64,000 nt of DNA from Callorhinchus milii (lineage: Eukaryota): positions 7,192,001 through 7,256,000 of the forward strand of contig NW_024704758.1 in NCBI RefSeq assembly GCF_018977255.1. The letters are read 5' to 3'. The translations under genes were made by a program, and so were the position numbers. Under the pieces are notes generated by a model. It saw nothing but the letters and a program-made list of their open reading frames with translations. It was not told the origin of the DNA and ran no database searches. This document shows, piece by piece, positions 1-14,009 of this stretch; within the stretch, counting starts at the first letter, position 1, and each line of letters opens with the position of its first letter.

Positions 1-215
1 CAGAATGGCACCTCCAACAATGCACCGCTCCCCCAGCACAGCACTGAAGTGTCAGCCTAGACAATGAGCTCAACATGCAGGGTTACAGTGTCCTCTTCTA
101 AATTAAGAGTGATGAATAATAATAAACGATGCCTGCACGTTATAATGAGTTACTTTGAGCTGTAGCGACCGTTGTCACACATGGAAACCCAACAGCTAAT
201 TGTGCTAGCAACAGC
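1..215 (-). mobile_element. Degraded DeuSINE fragments
   Basis: ggcacctccaacaatgca...cagcactgaagtgtcagcctaga, followed by an old tail-like piece. Confidence 0.55.
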
Positions 216-1491
216 AAAGCCACCTGCTGGTGGGGGGAGGGGGGATTTGGGAGACTGTCTCGGTGGTGGTGGTTGGGGGGAGGGGGGGGGGCGTGGAATT
301 TGCCGCAAGATGACAAGCAGGATTCACACTCCAGTTATGCTTTAAAGTGAAAAGCCTGGAATAAAGAGAACGTCACTGCAGCGATTCAGCTCAGGGCAAA
401 GTAGGGTACGACACTGAGATGGTAAGGTTTAGGGGAAAAAAGCACTCTGAAGCACTGACCCGGGAGAAGGGCACTATATAAATACAAGTTGTTGTTGTTG
501 TTGAAATGGGTTTGGAGGTGTGGAGAGTGAGAGGAGAGACCGACTCTCATGGAACGGGAGGGTTTTTAGGCCATCAGACAGTCAGCACACACTAGCCTTA
601 ACAATCCTGTGGTTCCTTTATGTAAATTGTGAGCCGATTGGCAGTGATCAGCACCTGCTCCTGATTTCCCTCTGTGAGTTGAGAGACAGTGTGTTAGTGC
701 CAACTAGTCGCAGCCCTGTGACTCCGAGCCCTGAGCAGTCGCATTGCATGGTTTTAAACCTGTTCATCCAGTAGTCAGCAGTGCGAGAATTCATTTTTGC
801 TGAAAACTGGAGGAATTATTATCACCAAATAAAAGTCCAGCCCAAACCCATGGCCACAGACCCAATAACTGCACTCACCCTCACTGCGAAAACGGTGAGG
901 GGGTTCAGGTACAGCGCTCCCCATTTCTCCAGCAATGAGGTTAGGTATATTCGGTAAAAGTCCTTTAAACTCGTCACTCCAAGGGAAAAGGGCTCAGTGA
1001 TGAGTTATCTATCCAGAGTGGTGAGTTAGGCATCTGTATAAATACATAAATAAATGAGGACGAGATATTGACAGCGTGATGACTTAAGTGGTAGTGACAA
1101 GTTAAGCCAAGGTCGAGTTATCAGGAGTTTACTGTATTTACTACTAGTCAGAAGGAAGCAATCTAGCCAGGGACCTTGACTGTCTTTCAGTTCTTTGCTA
1201 GTATAAAACAATGACCTGCACTTCTATAGCGTCTTCTATGTAGAATAACGCCTCAAAGCTTTACAGGGCATAAATGAAGCATGAGTTTCAAACAAAATCT
1301 CTGCTGCATAGCAGAGATTAATGCAGTGCTTTAAGATACTGATGTGCATTTACAGAAAACTTGAAACTTGTTTTAAGAACAAACAGTATCACATTGCAGT
1401 TCCCTGAAGTGAGTGTAGGCTTTTCTGACCCATCCCTGCTTTACACATTGTCCACCTACCGGATCTGAGTTAGAGGGAAGAGTCTGTTTGG

Positions 1492-1925
1492 TAATTAACC
1501 CTCATCCACGTATGCGAATGAGTCCCTAATTAGCATAAATCATTAATATCTTATCCCTAATAGCATAATGATTATACACTCCAAGTTTTTAAGATAGGAA
1601 TTACTTTTTTTTCCAGATGCAAGAGAAAATGTATTTTCTAATTAACCTAATTTGCACATAAAATTTAAGACTAGTTAGCATAATTTATTAATATTTTATT
1701 CCTTACACCAGGAAGATTATATTCCTCCAAGTTTCATGAAGATAAGGGTTACATTTTTTTTCTCGAGTTGTGAAGAAAAGTCTATTTTCTAATTAACCTA
1801 ATTTATATATGGAAATGAGGCCTAATTAGAATAAATCATTAATATGTTATCCCGTGTTGGTGGAAGATTAGACTGTCCACGTTTTGCAAAGGTATTGAGT
1901 TATTGGGGAGAAGTGTGGATTTAGT
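1492..1925. repeat. Diverged tandem array, ~150-bp unit, 3 copies (plus a partial copy at 2470-2580)
   Basis: taattaacc recurs at 1492, 1639 and 1790; shared ttagcataa..attaatat and ctccaagttt blocks. Confidence 0.8.
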
Positions 1926-2079
1926 CTTTTGAAGTCAACAGTTAGTCATTCATTGTGACAGTCTCAAAAAGTCTATTGAATGCAGACTTGGAGGGATGCT
2001 GATAAGATAGAGCTAGTTTGATCACCAGTGTACCACCGTTCCATTATGTAAAGCCCCAATGTTCCATAGACTCTTACTT

Positions 2080-2356
2080 TGAGGGAAAATTCCACTTGGG
2101 TGTAGCTTTACTCTGTTAAAGTAGCATTTCGGACCGTCCAGAATTTGGCAAATTGCTGAATTCAGTTTGAACTCTACATCAGTATTTGACAAATTCTGGA
2201 CACTCTGAAATGCTATGTTGATTACAGAATTGTGTCCACTTACTTTACTGTAAATCCTGTGAAGCACTTTGAGACGTTGACCTGACATGAAAGGTGCTGT
2301 ATCGCTTTTAAGGATTATTAGTATCAAATCTAAACCCAGGTGAAATTTTTCCCTTA
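2080..2356. mobile_element. MITE-like element with ~25-bp imperfect TIRs, containing a nested SINE tail (~2250-2320)
   Basis: Left gagggaaaattccacttgggtgtag; reverse complement of right end taagggaaaaatttcacctgggtttag. Confidence 0.6.
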
Positions 2357-2925
2357 CAGTGCAGTAACTGGTCACTCATTGCACATTGATCATTGATCTT
2401 CCTGTCCACTGCCTCAGCCTATCTGTACTCTCTTGCTCTATGTATTGTACAATACTGTCATCACTATTAGTATAATATTCACGCCTCCAAGTTTGACAAA
2501 TCTAGGATTTATTTTTTAAGTATTGGGCAAAAATCTATTTTTTAATTAACTCAATTTTCTTATGCAAATCACAGCTGATTATTATGCAGAGAATAACAGA
2601 TCCCCAGGAGTAATTACAAAGCAGTAATCTGATCGACGGATCCAGATAATGACATTAACTACGAGAGCAAATCTCCAATAATAAATAGCCATCATCTGGA
2701 CACTGAGATTAAAAATTACAGCTTTGAAATCTATATTTGTATCCTTCTATTTTAACTGTGGAAATGTTGGGGGTAATTACCTCTGTTAAATATGCCCTTC
2801 CCTGCAAGCCATCTCCAAAGCCAGACTTATGCTATACTTACTTAAACTATGCTGAGGTTTATACACCAACACCTACAGGAACTCATTTGCAGAGAATGAA
2901 CTTGATCCACTCCACACTCGATCAC

Positions 2926-3080
2926 TTAATAATAATCCTTGCATGTGATATAGCGCCTTATCACGTCTTCGAGACATCTCAAAGTGCTTCACGGAATATA
3001 CTGTAAAGCGAATTGACTGTATATTTTGTGGGTGAAACGCGGTAGACAATTGCGCACAGCAGTGCCCCACAAACAGTCGT
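2926..3080 (-). mobile_element. SINE 3' fragment (Deu end plus L2-type tail)
   Basis: aataataatccttgcatgtgatatagcgccttatcacgtcttcgagacatctcaaag; nearly identical to 50385. Confidence 0.8.
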
Positions 3081-3459
3081 GGGCTTACCAGCTGGTTAGC
3101 AAATACACTACCAGTCTACTGTTACTTAACAACAACAACTTGCATTTACATAACCCCTTCATGCAGGGCAGAGTAGCTTAATGATCAAACCGTGATCCCA
3201 CTCAAGCTGAGATCAACTCCTTCAGAGCAGAATTCAAACTCAGGACATTACCTGATCTGTGTTTGCATACATATGTTCTGGGCAATGACTGAACCAATTG
3301 ATCCATGTGTAGGTGGCACACATATGTGGAACTCTGAGTTCTTGTTTGGATATTATTTGGATAAGCATGGTGATGGGCTTCCACATGTGTCAGTTGCCCG
3401 GCTGACCAAAGAATAGGGGGAAATATTTGTTTAATTCCATTTCTGGTCCTTTGTTCATC

Positions 3460-3630
3460 TGATTTAATGTCTCATCTGAAGGACAGTGCCTCCGATAATG
3501 CAACCCACCCCGTCCCCACACCTAGCACTGCTTTGGAGTGTCTTAGACTATGTGATTCCAAGTCCCGACTTGGGGTTTGAACCCACAAACTTCGGACTCA
3601 GAGGCAAAAATGTGATCACTTCACCAGGCC
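3460..3630 (-). mobile_element. DeuSINE 5' fragment
   Basis: tttaatgtctcatctgaaggacagtgcctcc...tttgaacccacaaacttcggactcagaggc. Confidence 0.7.
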
Positions 3631-6600
3631 GGCACACAATAAAAGTTAATATACCTTTAACAGGAACAGAGAAAAAGACACCAAAAACCAAACAATGTTT
3701 ATTGAACATTCCGAAGGATTAAACATTAAATGAGTGCTTTGCATTAACTAATACCATTTACTTTCCGCTGATTAAGATCTTCAGATGTCTGAACATTGCA
3801 ATTAGTTTTTTTTCAGAGGAATTAAAGTTAATCTCTAATTTAAATTACTAACAGCAAACAGCAGTACTGAGAATCAGAGGATCCATTATTAAAATTATGA
3901 TGTTTAAAGATTCAAAATTCTGTAATTTTATCCCAAAATGTTATTTACACCACTTCCCATTTGTTCTTAACAGATGAATGATGTCAGTTACAGCATGAGT
4001 GTAGCCCAGGGAGATTGTGCTGTACTTCATGGGAACTAACGCTATTGAGTGGCCTGGAGACTGATTATGGAGCTGCCAAATCCTGGAAACCTTGAAATCA
4101 ACAACCAAAAGAACAAAGGGTCACAGCTTCAAAGTAAGGACAACAAAAGCAAACAGAAAGTACAGGTGAATTCACTTTGTAAATTTGACTGGAAACTATT
4201 AACACCATACCAACCTGTTTGCTCCCTTCATGCATTCCCTCAACTATGCATAAGCATTCACTTAACTCCACTGTTAAACCGAGATCTGCTTCCCTCCAAA
4301 GCTAACTTTCCCCTGACAACTGGGCACAGACATATTGCATTCTGTGAAGTATTGTCTACGTCGACCTCTGTTTTCCCCAGAACCGTAACCAACCGGATAC
4401 ATAGCCAGTTCTTTCTTGAAGGAGTTAATGGACACATGATCAGCTTCTTTGATAGACTCTATTTCACCTATCGATCCTTGGGGGAGAATAGGCCTGATTA
4501 TATCTACAGCATCTTCCCTTGAATTTGTAGGCCTCTCATTAATTTCTCTTTGTCCAGTGATAGTTTTCCTCCTCTCAGCTACTTTGAGTTTGCCCTAACT
4601 TTACAAAAGTGCTGATGGAGCTCAGTCTTCACGAGCAGCCTCTTATTTAACGTCCGTCTGTTCCTCCAAACAGCCACCCCGATTCACTGAAATACAGTAA
4701 CGCTCTATCCAGGAAACACAATATTTTATTCCGAAAGGGGCTTACTGCAGCTTAATAGGGCACTGGAGGGTGAAACAAGAGAGTATGTTCCAATGGTTGG
4801 AGGTCAGGGAGGATGAGCCTTGTATTGAAGCAAATTTGATTCAAATGTGAAGCTTGGTGTTGGGGTGGAAAAGTTCACCTGTTGCTATTGGTCACCCTGC
4901 ACCATGATAAACCTGAATCCAAGAAGAAAAGCAACTGGACCGAAAGACAGTCTTTGTGTTCTGGGGACTGCGATTTGCTTAAACAGCATTTGCTTTCTGT
5001 GGTCCTCTGGTTATCACATAACCGGTTCCTAAAACTCTGGATTGTCCAATTCATGGATTGTCCTCAGTTAAATCAGATTTCAGAATTCATGATTGTGACC
5101 AGATGTAAGGCATTTTTAAGACTCTCTCCCCAGCCTCACACGCCCCCCCACTCCACCCCCCCCTTGAGAATTTGTGTGATCTCTTCATACACAGCTTTGC
5201 TCTCTTTGAAAAAGCATTTGATAAAATATTCACCAGCTTCCAAACTCGGAGGTCCCTCCTTGGGGTGAAAAATAATTATTCAGCATCTGTTTTACAACTG
5301 CTTTCTTCCTAAACCAGCTTTTTTGAATCAGGCCACTGAATCAAATACAGTGTCGTCTCTCATTTATCTTTATCGAGCGGAGTTATGTTTTGTCGCAATT
5401 TGTAATTTCTATCTTGTAAAAGTATGGCTTTGTGGTTGACAATTTTGAGTTTTAAGTAACGAAGCTTTGATTCTCGCAAATGTCTTCCTGGGAGAAAGCT
5501 AAAGAGCCCGTGAGCACCCATAATTTGCAGACTTGGCTCCAGAAGGGACTTGCGATTCAGGCCTTATGATCCCATGAATTTCAAACAGTGATAATTGGAA
5601 TTCTTCCAAACAACCAACGGAAATGCTTGCTTTAACCCTTGGATGAGATGCACTGACGGTTTCTTAGATGTGTGGAATCTTGCAAAAGGAGTGATCTCCC
5701 TCTCAAAGGTTGATCAGCTTCTAATGCTGGAATAGGGAGCTTTTGGGAGCCTCAGAGCCTTGGGACGTCTTCCCGACTTGAAAAAGGCGCTCTATAAATG
5801 TCATTTTGTTGTTCTTGGTGGTGGTGGTGGATTTACACTACAGGTTTTACAGGGATGGTGATCACTGAGATCTGATAGAAAAGTTTACTCTAAGCTGCTG
5901 TGCACCATCGACAAATGTCTGCAATACCAGGGTTGGGCTGTTATGTTCAGAAGTCTAGTCTCCAACAGTATCCTTCAATGTGGAGTGAGCCCAGTGCTTG
6001 GTAGAATCTGTATTAATTTCAAGCCACTTTGCAGACTGAAGCCTCACTTTGTCCAGTCACTTTGTGAAGTCTCACTAGGTGCCCGCTAGCACCTCTGTGT
6101 CATTACTTTGGGCAAAACATATTTATTCATGTTGTCACTGCCTTAAAAAGTACAGTGCTCCGCTTCAAAAAAAAATCTCTAACTCAATGAACACGAAGAG
6201 TGTAAAAACGTTAGCCATTTGCAGCATAGGTTTAATGTTGTGATGAGGGGTGGCAGCTGATACAAGTGCCTTTGGCTGAGCCTAAGCCCACTTCTGCCTC
6301 ACCCTGTCACGGTGATGCCCTGGGCCCTCCAATCTGCACTGCAACGTACAATTCCAGGTCTCCTGAGGGGCAATAATGTCTGATTCAGCATCAGTCCAGG
6401 TGCCTATTCATTCCCAACATATTCAAATGAGTTTGTGTTAATGTAGAATCCCAGGACCCAGCCTGCACTGTGACTGATGCAAGCACTGGCAGCAAAAGCA
6501 ACAGTGAGAGATCCAGATTCATGCTCCTAACCCCAAATACTGAGTACTGTGACGAAAGGGTTTTTATTAAAAATCAGAACTATATTGGACTTAATTGTTG

Positions 6601-8612
6601 GAGTCGATTTTGCCAAACCTCCTGCCACAGGCACACAATAAACCATGCGTAAGGAGCTCAGTGGGGACCGTGGCACACTCTTATCACCTAATGAAAACCT
6701 GCTGTTCGAGGTGAGTTAATGACTCCAATTCTTCTGTAATTACAATGGACGATATTGCCAATTCAGGTCAGGACATTTTCTTTTTAATGATCCTTGCTTA
6801 ACATTAACAACTGGAAATGTGGCGGGGTGGGTGGGGGGTGGAGGGGAGCATTCGCTCACCAAGAAGAGGTGGGGAGGGGGTTCCAGTTAAGACGATTTTG
6901 TTTGAATAAGAGAAGAAATAATACTATAGAGCAATAATAACAGGAAGAGTACACTCTCTAATGGGAGTGCACTCTGGAGAGAGTGTTTGCGTGTGTGTGT
7001 TTGTGTGGGGTGGGAGGATTAAAACATATTTCAGCTATACAACTGCAACCTTTAAATGTGAAATGAGCTGATTTGAGATGAAGGTTCAGATGTACTGAAT
7101 TTGTAGTAATAAAGGAGATCCATAATAAGCATAATGTCGTTCATTAACACTGTTCATTATAGCAGCATGAAGACAGCATCAGCAGCTGCATTTAGCACAG
7201 CTCTGCTCATGTTACAAATGACCCGACCTAGAGTTCATTTGTTAAAGCAAATTTTAGAGATATTGAATAATCCATAGCCCAATACATTTAATGCAAGTTG
7301 GACTGGAAGCAGCTGTACACTCTTATTACGTCTTTAATAAGTATAACTTTTAGGATCAATTAATCCCGGCTACAAATATTTGTTAACCAAAGAAATACGT
7401 TTCTAAACTCTAATGATCCACATTATTCCATATCTTATGTATTAAAATGAGTGTTATAAATTGTCACTGACATGTTCTGGTGAGCAGCTCGAGCATGGAG
7501 AGGAATAAAATGTACAAAACAGGCAGGAAAAAGAAAGACTTTTGGCTTCACCTTGTGCCAAAATCATCATCATAGTTTTTACTGTGCCCTGTATACATAA
7601 AGCTTGTGTTCATTACTGTCCAGGCAATGCTTCCATAGAAGGATTCATTCTTTAACGATACATAAATAAGCCTCATTGTGCTTAACATGACTGTTGGGGA
7701 ACTCATGAAATCAGAATGGTCCATCCAATGTTTAAATCATTTAATTTGGATTTTTCAAGATGTACAGCAATAACCCGCAGTGCTCACATTCCAATGAACA
7801 TGGACATTGCCCAAAAGGATATGTGTACTTTCTGCAGATCTCCTTTGGGAAAAGAGATTTGGAAAATGGGATATGTGAATGTGCCCATAACTCAGAGTTG
7901 GGAAGCAGTGAATGTGGATTTAGTCATTGTGGCTTGTGAAAAGAGATTAATAGGGATTTAGTTTCTATCTATCATCATCTGAAGGCAAAGTAGTGACAAT
8001 GAGAATGCTTTATCTTTCTTTCTATTACAAGCAATTTGAGACCTTTCAATGTGATAAAGGAAATTTTCCAACCATTTGGTGAAATTTAGCCTAATACATT
8101 TATTTTAGTCATCAACATCGATGGAGCTCATCACTGACAAAGCTCTGACCCGTGTTTTCTCCTGAAATACAGTCTACTCCACATAAGACTAATCCTGATG
8201 AAATCAGGATTCTCTGTTCTCTGTTCATTTAAGTTCTTTTACTTCTGCTCCAAGTGATTGTCTGCTAACTAGCTGAGAGGTTGTGGAGTGGTGTTCTACT
8301 GTTCTATTGGTTTCTCCACTGAATAGTGTAATTTAAAAACAATGCAACTCTTTATATAAGCTCAGGGTTCAAACAGTAACAATGGAAAAATGAGTTCCTG
8401 GTGAGAACGATTCTTCTCTTGGCAAATTGACGTTATTCCTGAAATTCCACCTAGTCTTAGCCTGGAAGACTATTTTGTCCTAAAATGTACAATCACATAG
8501 AAATTGTGGAAATCTCTTCATTTCACATCTAATCTAGATCTATTTTTCTGCAGTTCTTAATCTACCAAATCAAGAATGAATTTGGGATTTTTCACATTTC
8601 TGTACAAGTTAA

Positions 8613-8770
8613 ATAATAATAATCCTTGTATTTCATATAGCGTCTTGTCATGTCATCGAGATCGCTTCACACGATTTACGGTAAAGTGGATTGACTGTCG
8701 ATTTTGTGGGTGTACGCGGCAGCCAGTTGTGTACAGCAATGCCCCCACAAACAGCCACGGAGTGAGTGAC
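8613..8770 (-). mobile_element. SINE 3' fragment
   Basis: Same tail family. Confidence 0.75.
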
Positions 8771-9796
8771 TAATATTAAAATGTTCAGTGCAAATTAAAG
8801 TAAGATCAAATGGTCTAATAAAGACTGACAAGCTGACATTTCAGGCCTTTAAAAGGGGGCAAGATGCCTAACATGTTTGCGTCCAATGATATAACATTTG
8901 GTTTCCGACTGTGTCTGGTGTTGCACACTTTTTTTCCCCCTTTGTTTTTAGTATTAAAACGAGTCAAATCGAATTGAAAAAGCTAACAGCGGCAGCCAAA
9001 TAATCTGCTGGTTACAGTCGGAGTCAACATGCTGAAGCAGTCTCAGCAGTGAAGCACGCTGATCCTAGTAGCATCAGGAAACAAACCTGGGAGAAATCTT
9101 CCTTTAACAGGGAGCTGCTCTGCTATGAAATCTGAAACCAGTTCAGCTACTTTCATTTTTAAGCTTCTTCTCCTAAATTGCATTGCCTAGTAGAGAAATG
9201 TATACGTTAATAACAGTTTTTGCAAACAGTACCTGGAAATTATTAGCAGAAGATGTGAAAATATGAGACAGTAATTTCTTATTTGACTGCTTCACTGCAC
9301 AATATAAAATGCCATTTCATTTTGTGAGACATCCAGGTTACAGACACAGCACAGGGCATGTAACCTGATAAGTCCTGGGAACTAGTAAACTATGCAAGAT
9401 CGATAGAATTGTTATTTTCTTGTGCAAGAGTTTACAGATTTTTCCAAATCTCTGGGAAATGTTGAGTGAGCTGAAAGTGTAAATTGCACCAAACCTCTGG
9501 AGTTGAAGAAAATAAAAGTAATAAAAACTGTGATATCGTTGGTATCTCCTACAATGCTACAAAATAATAATCAGAAATACTTTAATGAACAGATTTTGTG
9601 GACCAAAGACAGACTTGTTCCACTGCAAAAACATACTTGTTCAGTTAAAAGATTGCACAGTCTTTAGATTGCATATTGGTATGTTTAGCAATAAAATGCA
9701 TGATCTGAATTCAGTATCATTTTCAAGGACCTATGGATTCAAATATAATAGATATGAGCTATTGGATTACATTGAATATTGCCCCCCACGTTTTAT

Positions 9797-9920
9797 TAAT
9801 AATAATAGTCCTTGCATTTGATATAGCACCTTATCACTTTGTTGCGATGACTCAAAGTGCTTCACAGAATATACTGTACTGTAAAGTGAATTGACTGTAT
9901 ATTTTGTGGGCGAAACGAAC
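9797..9920 (-). mobile_element. SINE 3' fragment
   Basis: Same tail family. Confidence 0.75.
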
Positions 9921-10884
9921 AAAATATACGTCAAAAAATAAAGATTTATTCAGTGTTATCATTTTAACATTCAAATTTTATTTAGTGTTTTATTTAGTGT
10001 TAACATTTTAATACTAAATAAATCTCTAGTTTTTCTGAAACTAACATTATTTCCTGCAAAAGAAAAACAAATATCATCGCAGTTTTAGAGGACATGGTAT
10101 ATTTCAGCATCTATAATCCCTATTGTTGATATTTGATTCCTGTGTGGATCAGCCAAGCCATGAGGTCAGAGCTAGAAGCACCCCCCACCCCACACTGCAC
10201 AAGAATGGGCAAATAAATCATGATTGTGCCCAATGTAAGAATCTCTTTGCAGCAGAAAAAACGTTTAATCTTCAAGATTTGGTGGGTTTAGTTCGTTTGG
10301 GCTTGTGACTGTCGCTATCTCTTGTTCTCAAGTTCCTGGCTGCCTCAGTGAGCCATGGAGCCAAAAAAAAATCCTTGACACGCTCAACGGCAACCAATCT
10401 AACTTTTTCTGCATTTGCCACATTTTCAGGATTAAGCATTCTTCAAGGGGAAGTGGTTTGGAGATTTATTGGCTTTGTGGTTCGATGAGCAGTTCAGGAT
10501 GAATCTGAACATGGAACGGGAGATAGTAAGAAAAGGACTGAGAGAGTCCAATAATTCTACATTTGATGTTCAATGAGAGAGGGAGTCTTCCCCTTGAAAT
10601 ACTGTCCATTGCTAATTTGCGATATTTATTCCCATAATGTAATATTGCCCCTAAATTGTAGCATTCCTTAATAGAATTCCTAAGGATTCCTGTCAGAATT
10701 CCCATTGACCGATAGTAAGTCCACTCTGGACACAGATTGAATTGGATTGTGAGATGTGTCTCCAGTTACTGGAAGGAATCCTCATTTGCATGACTCAGAT
10801 TCCTCACTCAACCTCCCTTCCCCCTTTTTCTATTCAATATCAAACCGAACCTCAAACAAATGGGCATCACAAAAGTCTTTATTT

Positions 10885-10975
10885 TTATCCACTTTACACT
10901 ATATCCTGTGAAGCGCTTTGAGACGTCTCAACAATGTGATAAGGCAGTATATCAAATGGAAGGATTATTGTTATT
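10885..10975 (+). mobile_element. SINE 3' fragment
   Basis: cctgtgaagcgctttgagacgtctc...tatatcaaatggaaggattatt. Confidence 0.75.
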
Positions 10976-11799
10976 AAATCGCTAAAGGAAAAATCCATTA
11001 AAAAATGATTCCATTTGGAACTTTTCTCACCATGTTAACGTGCTTCATGCAACCGTAAGGTCATAATTCAGTAGGAATCAGTGGGGGGACAAAATAATAG
11101 GGAGGGGTGAAAGAGTCTAAAACTAATTTATTTGTACTGAGCGATTTCAGATATTCTAAGCCCTCTGATCGGATCATCCAAACCTTGAATCATGGAATAA
11201 GATCTTTGTCTGGTTCAAAGTCTACGCAATATCTTATTTAACTTAAGACTCTTTTGGTTCACAATTTTACAGCAGGCAGTTTGATTTTCAGACCATGCAA
11301 GATCTCAGCCCACTTCGCCGCGCTGCATCACATCAATAAAAACTTCCAAAATAACTAATTTTAATAACCAGCAAGAGAGGAAAAATACTTACTAATGATG
11401 TGACTCTGAAATTACTGTATAATTGGCCATAAAGATTTGAAAACAAGATCAATACGACTGCTGGTAGTCATCGGCAGCCACTTCAATAATTGTATAATGG
11501 CAGCTTTCAACTAGTCCATTCAAAGAACTAAACCTCAAATAATTCCTCATATCCCCTAGTTTCCCATTTAACGTTGGTTTTATTAGCTGAAATAGTCTCC
11601 TCTTGGGATAAGGTTTTAACAATACAAAGTAAAAGCATTGTGATCAAAATTCTTGGTAAGGACCTGGTACCACCAGCAGTTGAGTACTTGCCAAACATCA
11701 AGTTCAAGTGCTCTTTCTGTCCACAATTCTGTGGTTTTCATACTGCTGGACAATGTCTAACACCTATACCACTTCTCATCATGCAAAGGGATTTTCTAT

Positions 11800-12050
11800 C
11801 CCATAAGAACACGAAAGAACTTTCGATAACGAAGATCAATCAGTCCATATGAACTCATCCATCCAGAATGCCCACTCTTCCTGCCTCATGAGAAGAGGAC
11901 AAACTGTTATTCTCTAAGTAATCAGTTCTGGTATCAGAACAAACTGTTTCTTCAATTAGTCCTTTGTCTTGGCCTTTACCATTCTTCCTAGCAAATTACT
12001 CTAACTGTTGATTATCCTGTGTAAAGAATTACTTCTTGAAGTTTATCATA
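11800..12050 (-). mobile_element. Old CR1 3' relic; similar relics near 4330-4480, 16253-16370, 23370-23535, 45315-45385 and 53475-53560
   Basis: cataagaac... head and ...ttgattatcctgtgtaaagaattacttc pattern of CR1 ORF2 end. Confidence 0.5.
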
Positions 12051-14009
12051 TCCCTGAACTTGTGATTTTGTCTGTATTGACAAAGAATCACAAATATTAT
12101 AGCAATGCCTGTTCAGCACAATGTATGTATCAGATACTGCAAAAGAACTGTCCACTCTAATCCCAATTCTCTGCTCTTTTTCATTATTCTTTTCTTTTGT
12201 GCCTCTTCAAATATTTATCCAATTCTTTTTGAAGCATAGTCATGGTCTTAGCTTCAATCATGCCTGGGAAAAAAAACATGGGGCAATGTTATCTTCTGAA
12301 TCTGGTTTATCATTTGCTCCTCACTCCTTTCACTTTCAAACTTTCAGTCACTCTTGTGAAACTCTTCCGAGCCATTTTGCCTTGCCATCTATCTTCGTCT
12401 CACCGTCTCTCTCCCTTACCGTCTCTCCTGCCTTCAAAAGCCTCCTTGAAACCTCCTTGCATTTTTTAAACTTAAAAGGACCATGCCTTTTGTCAGCAGA
12501 TTTAACATTTCTTATTTCGCCGCTGGTTATTTGTGGGCACCATTGTCAAGTGAAATGTTGAGATGCTCTTTTACCAGAGAGAAACTTATCTAAAAGCAAG
12601 TTGAGGTTTCTGCAAATAGTTCTCACGCTGTTTTCCTGTAACTTCAAGGTCACTGGGATATGGCAGGCAGAAAACGTTGATGGGAAATGGGTATAAATTA
12701 CGTCAACAGATTCCATCAACAAGGGTGCTGTCAGCAGTACTTGGCAACACTTGATCACAGCCAATGTTGCATTACATGTACACCAACTCAGGTTAACTAT
12801 GCAGTGTTGCCGAGTCAAGTTGCATCGTTCTCCCATTTGTATTGGTTGATCTCTTAAATCTCCAGCAATAGCTAAGCTGTCAATCCATTGTGCAAGCTTT
12901 GCAAGAGTTTTTTTTGAAATTTTTAGCATTAGAATGCTCAAAGGTCACAATGGAGTCACTGAATTCAGCGAAATGAAAACTATCAATACCTTTTCTTTGG
13001 TTCTTCTCCCCAAAGAGTTCCACATCGAATAAACCCAAGAAGAATTTAAAAATAATTGACAACTTTGCACCCTAAACATAAATTCTTCCAGGTCAAGAGA
13101 AAAGATCAATAGCATATTAATCTGCAATTCACTGTACCATTCAGTTAACACAAAGTATTTTCCTTTCATTTCTTGTGTACAATTAAACACATTTGCAGCT
13201 TTCCAGAAAATATTATGCTCCAATCAGGATTACCATTGTTCTGCTTATTAAAAAAAGGCCAATTTGTAACATTTATATCTCACCCATTTAATCATTCATG
13301 TTGCACGTGAATCTAAATTAAAACGCTTAATTATACAAAATATGATGTTTTACAAGAAGTCGTTAGTGTGCAAAACAGAACCGTTGAGAGCTGTTTTGAT
13401 AATATTCAGTGCACTTAGAAATGCAACACAAATAATTGGGAAAGATTTTATGCTTGGAATGGGATTATACTTTTAAGTGCTATGCTTGGATCAGAAACTC
13501 CGTATAATGGGTGCAAGTGGAAAGGGATTTGGTAGATTGGAATTCTATGCTTGAATCAGCAATATATTTATTATTTTATATCCCAACATCGTTCATTTTA
13601 ATGTTATAATTTATTCTGAGATGAAACGCCGCTCGCAAGGTCTCAGCTAACCTGAAATGTACATAGGAAGGAGCCTTGAACTTTTTCACGTATGCAGCCC
13701 AAAGCTCTCTGATTAGTCTCAGGAAATGCAACAGCATGCGAAGAGCCTCCACCTACGTGTTAATCCTCAATTCTCTTCGAGTGTTCTGCAATGCATCTGT
13801 GACCCTTTTCTTTTCTTTCTTCAGGTTGCGGTCTTCTGTTAGAACTGCCACACACCTGCCTTTTCCTTCCACTATTAGTATGCTTTGTGCCCACGTTGGT
13901 TTGGTTTGTTCACACTACAACCTTAAAAGCACATGGTTGTATGGGTCTGCTACGAAACCTTTGCACTTGTAGCAATATTTGATCTTTCTTGAATCAAACC
14001 TTGATTGCT

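Noticed and set aside
220-295. CTCF-like CCAGCAGGTGGC (minus) and G-runs; another CTCF-like match near 52018-52034
   Set aside because: Partial motif matches of this kind are expected by chance in 64 kb; not supportable without binding data.
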